IMG/VR virus record: IMGVR_UViG_3300025536_000003
Span: 1 to 59,270 of that record
Length of the DNA: 59,270 bases
Source: a virus
Direction: 5' to 3' (one strand)
The notes beneath the pieces are model-generated. The model was not told the DNA's origin, made no database searches, and saw nothing but the letters and a program-made list of their open reading frames with translations. Within the stretch, counting starts at the first letter, position 1. Every line of letters begins with the position of its first letter. A program made the translations under genes and the position numbers. Positions 58,701-59,270 of the stretch are shown one piece after another.

Positions 58701-59270
58701 TAGGTTTGGACTTGCTCCGGGCTGCTGCGATCTGATCGCGGACTTCCTTGGGCGCCAGCGTCGGCAGTTTCGCTTGTTCCGCGGCCCAGTCCGCGTACAT
58801 CTGCTGCTCGGCTGAAAGCGTCCCAGTCGAGGGTGGCGTCTGGTTTTTCGTCTCCGACGTAGTCATAAGCACCTACCTTGTCCCAGAATCCCCGCGCGTC
58901 GGGGAGGATGGAATGAATCGCGATGGTATCACTGTTCGCGGCGAGCGCCGCCATGACACTGGTCCCGAAGCCCTTCGAGCCGGTTTCGTTGTGGAGCCAG
59001 TACAGATCGGTGATCTTGCCATCTTCGACCCGCAAGGTGACGACACCGATGCGACGATCGTTCTCGTCGAGGACGTGATAGCCAGTCGTCTTGAAGGTGT
59101 TCGGGAACTTGGACGCCGGCCACAGCGTGAGCTTCTCGCCGACGAACAGCGGGCCGTTCGCGGTGTCGGTGACGGAGAGCCAGCGATAGGTGTCGCGGTT
59201 GTTGCGGGCGAACAGCATTGTGCCGGTGTCGGTTTCCTTCGACTCGATGGTCTGGAAGAACTCATCATAC
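55679..59270 (-). CDS. Giant polyvalent virion/ejection protein, 3' part (the frame stays open to the window edge; joins 4929..1)
   Basis: The track ORF 55679..59218 starts at an internal Met, and the frame continues through 59270 in phase with nt 1-4929. Contains a GNAT-like segment, LLHELGVHHG (58457-58477) and C-terminal hydrophobic helices. Confidence 0.85.
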   Translation of the reverse strand, partial: YDEFFQTIESKETDTGTMLFARNNRDTYRWLSVTDTANGPLFVGEKLTLWPASKFPNTFKTTGYHVLDENDRRIGVVTLRVEDGKITDLYWLHNETGSKGFGTSVMAALAANSDTIAIHSILPDARGFWDKVGAYDYVGDEKPDATLDWDAFSRAADVRGLGRGTSETADAGAQGSPRSDRSSPEQVQTYLTDRLGPGVQRLVDAGTLVITTSEDTTLPPDAKRAISTGTVHGFTHKGKVYLIADALSAGQTVAGLEDAYAILLHELGVHHGLRQMLGDTLFDELSQQVMQASRSKTNNALARAAKQARAQVPSSTNPDHVAEETMAWLVTDRANHDLPLVKRIIAKIRAFLIRMGFTRAISPDALVELAKGAAMRSAERDVGTKFARSEDTDSIAPEAEKSRQNLKDRALTIVNWLDAKTKPLATLAGRTDYLKDRYLTLGRIAETQRVARSIYDIFRKASKADGEALYAYLTDTEGTLDTVSDPALKKEAAKAKALIDKTGQALVEAGVIPVESFEAYQGRYLPRVYLAYLLGDRAVAAVGTGKTLSSQGYAKKRNETLPQEYRDVILGEIKDPAFLASRALGIPLRDLAILNWLSRIAENADWALPGQTVGWTAPGMTKARKVTPFWLKAEASKLRERAAYYQGDHQKQAMDAAKTMDELADSTLAAAGISAEEVPQGYAKVPNTARYGAIRGLVVRREIYDDIVGVGRILGDEAGIAEKILGYGGWGTKATQLWKWAKVAANPPAQIRNIVSNLVLLNLSGVPMHKIPGYMRRAAMEVRTKGPFYKIGVKYGVTESTFAAQELMRIENEVTDMLVRQRDGFSLLTLKTLAGKIIDVTGDAYQMAETLGKIMKIMDAVEREGKSEADAALEAQEWLFDYSLVGRNTRYLRNAPIGFPFLTFTLKVLPRLLEVAITAPWRYLPYLALFYGAGLIAQLMTGADDDDMDALKKALPEWLREKGHAVMIPVKDEHGRWQYADLGYFMPWSFYTETLTKIGRTAKDLATTGESSHLGDLVMANGLFGGPLPDLLAAIKTGRDSFTKKEIVRESSTGSEKLHAWITYLYGMAAPGWLVGIPPFHDHSTYRGAAGHLYEALAGVTDKRGEPRSTLPQALARFAGINIYPIEPLKQRQQTIRYMKWQISEVKRAQSAIMKDRSLSRDERKAMAEKYREKLIRMQKDLQTFARESVVSAKLR
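59144..59270. repeat. Terminal overlap, copy B (identical to 1-127)
   Basis: Exact identity to nt 1-127. Confidence 0.9.

Larger units (their letters stand above)
1..59270. mobile_element. Complete circularly closed temperate tailed-phage genome (unique length 59,143 bp) with a P22-like head module, lambdoid-style regulation and lysis, and a tyrosine integrase plus tRNA-derived attP
   Basis: Nt 1-127 are identical to 59144-59270. terS, terL, portal, scaffold, P22-type coat, lysis cassette, Q-like gene, HTH switch, replication genes and integrase are all present, with almost no non-coding DNA. Confidence 0.85.

Noticed and set aside
1-59270. Diversity-generating retroelement, considered because some P22/BPP-1-like podophages carry one
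   Set aside because: I found no reverse-transcriptase-like ORF and no template/variable repeat pair.

Overview
The window is one complete, circularly closed, high-GC temperate tailed-phage genome. Nt 1-127 are repeated exactly at 59144-59270, which looks like an assembler overlap, so the unique length is 59,143 bp.

Layout:
- Late operon (minus strand). It starts at a Q-type antiterminator with a PR'/tR'-like promoter-terminator pair (about 34.7 kb). It then runs through a tRNA-Met(CAT), the lysis cassette, terS/terL, portal, a 7.6-kb accessory island, scaffold, P22-type coat, a glycosyltransferase/methyltransferase cluster, and tail and ejection genes. It ends in a giant polyvalent protein gene that crosses the linearisation point (4929->1, continuing 59143->55679). 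The ORF track misses that gene's 5' part.
- Immunity switch (44.7-45.5 kb). Two sigma70-like promoters each carry the same 17-bp palindrome as their spacer.
- Leftward early operon: CII-like regulator, HNH, primase, helicase, nin-like genes, Q.
- Rightward early operon: small ORFs, a YkgJ-like protein, a 412-aa unknown, SbcCD-like nuclease, an MT-A70 methylase, xis and int.
- Integration end: an attP core that is the 3' part of a tRNA-Leu(UAA), followed by a lipoprotein/TM moron pair.

About 40 gene junctions are 1- or 4-nt overlaps (ATGA/GTGA). Seven HNH/His-Me nuclease-like genes are scattered through the genome.

Limits: all family names come from motif recognition by eye, with no database search. 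Many long ORFs in the track are antisense shadows typical of high-GC DNA. Several starts were moved to coupled ATG/GTG codons.
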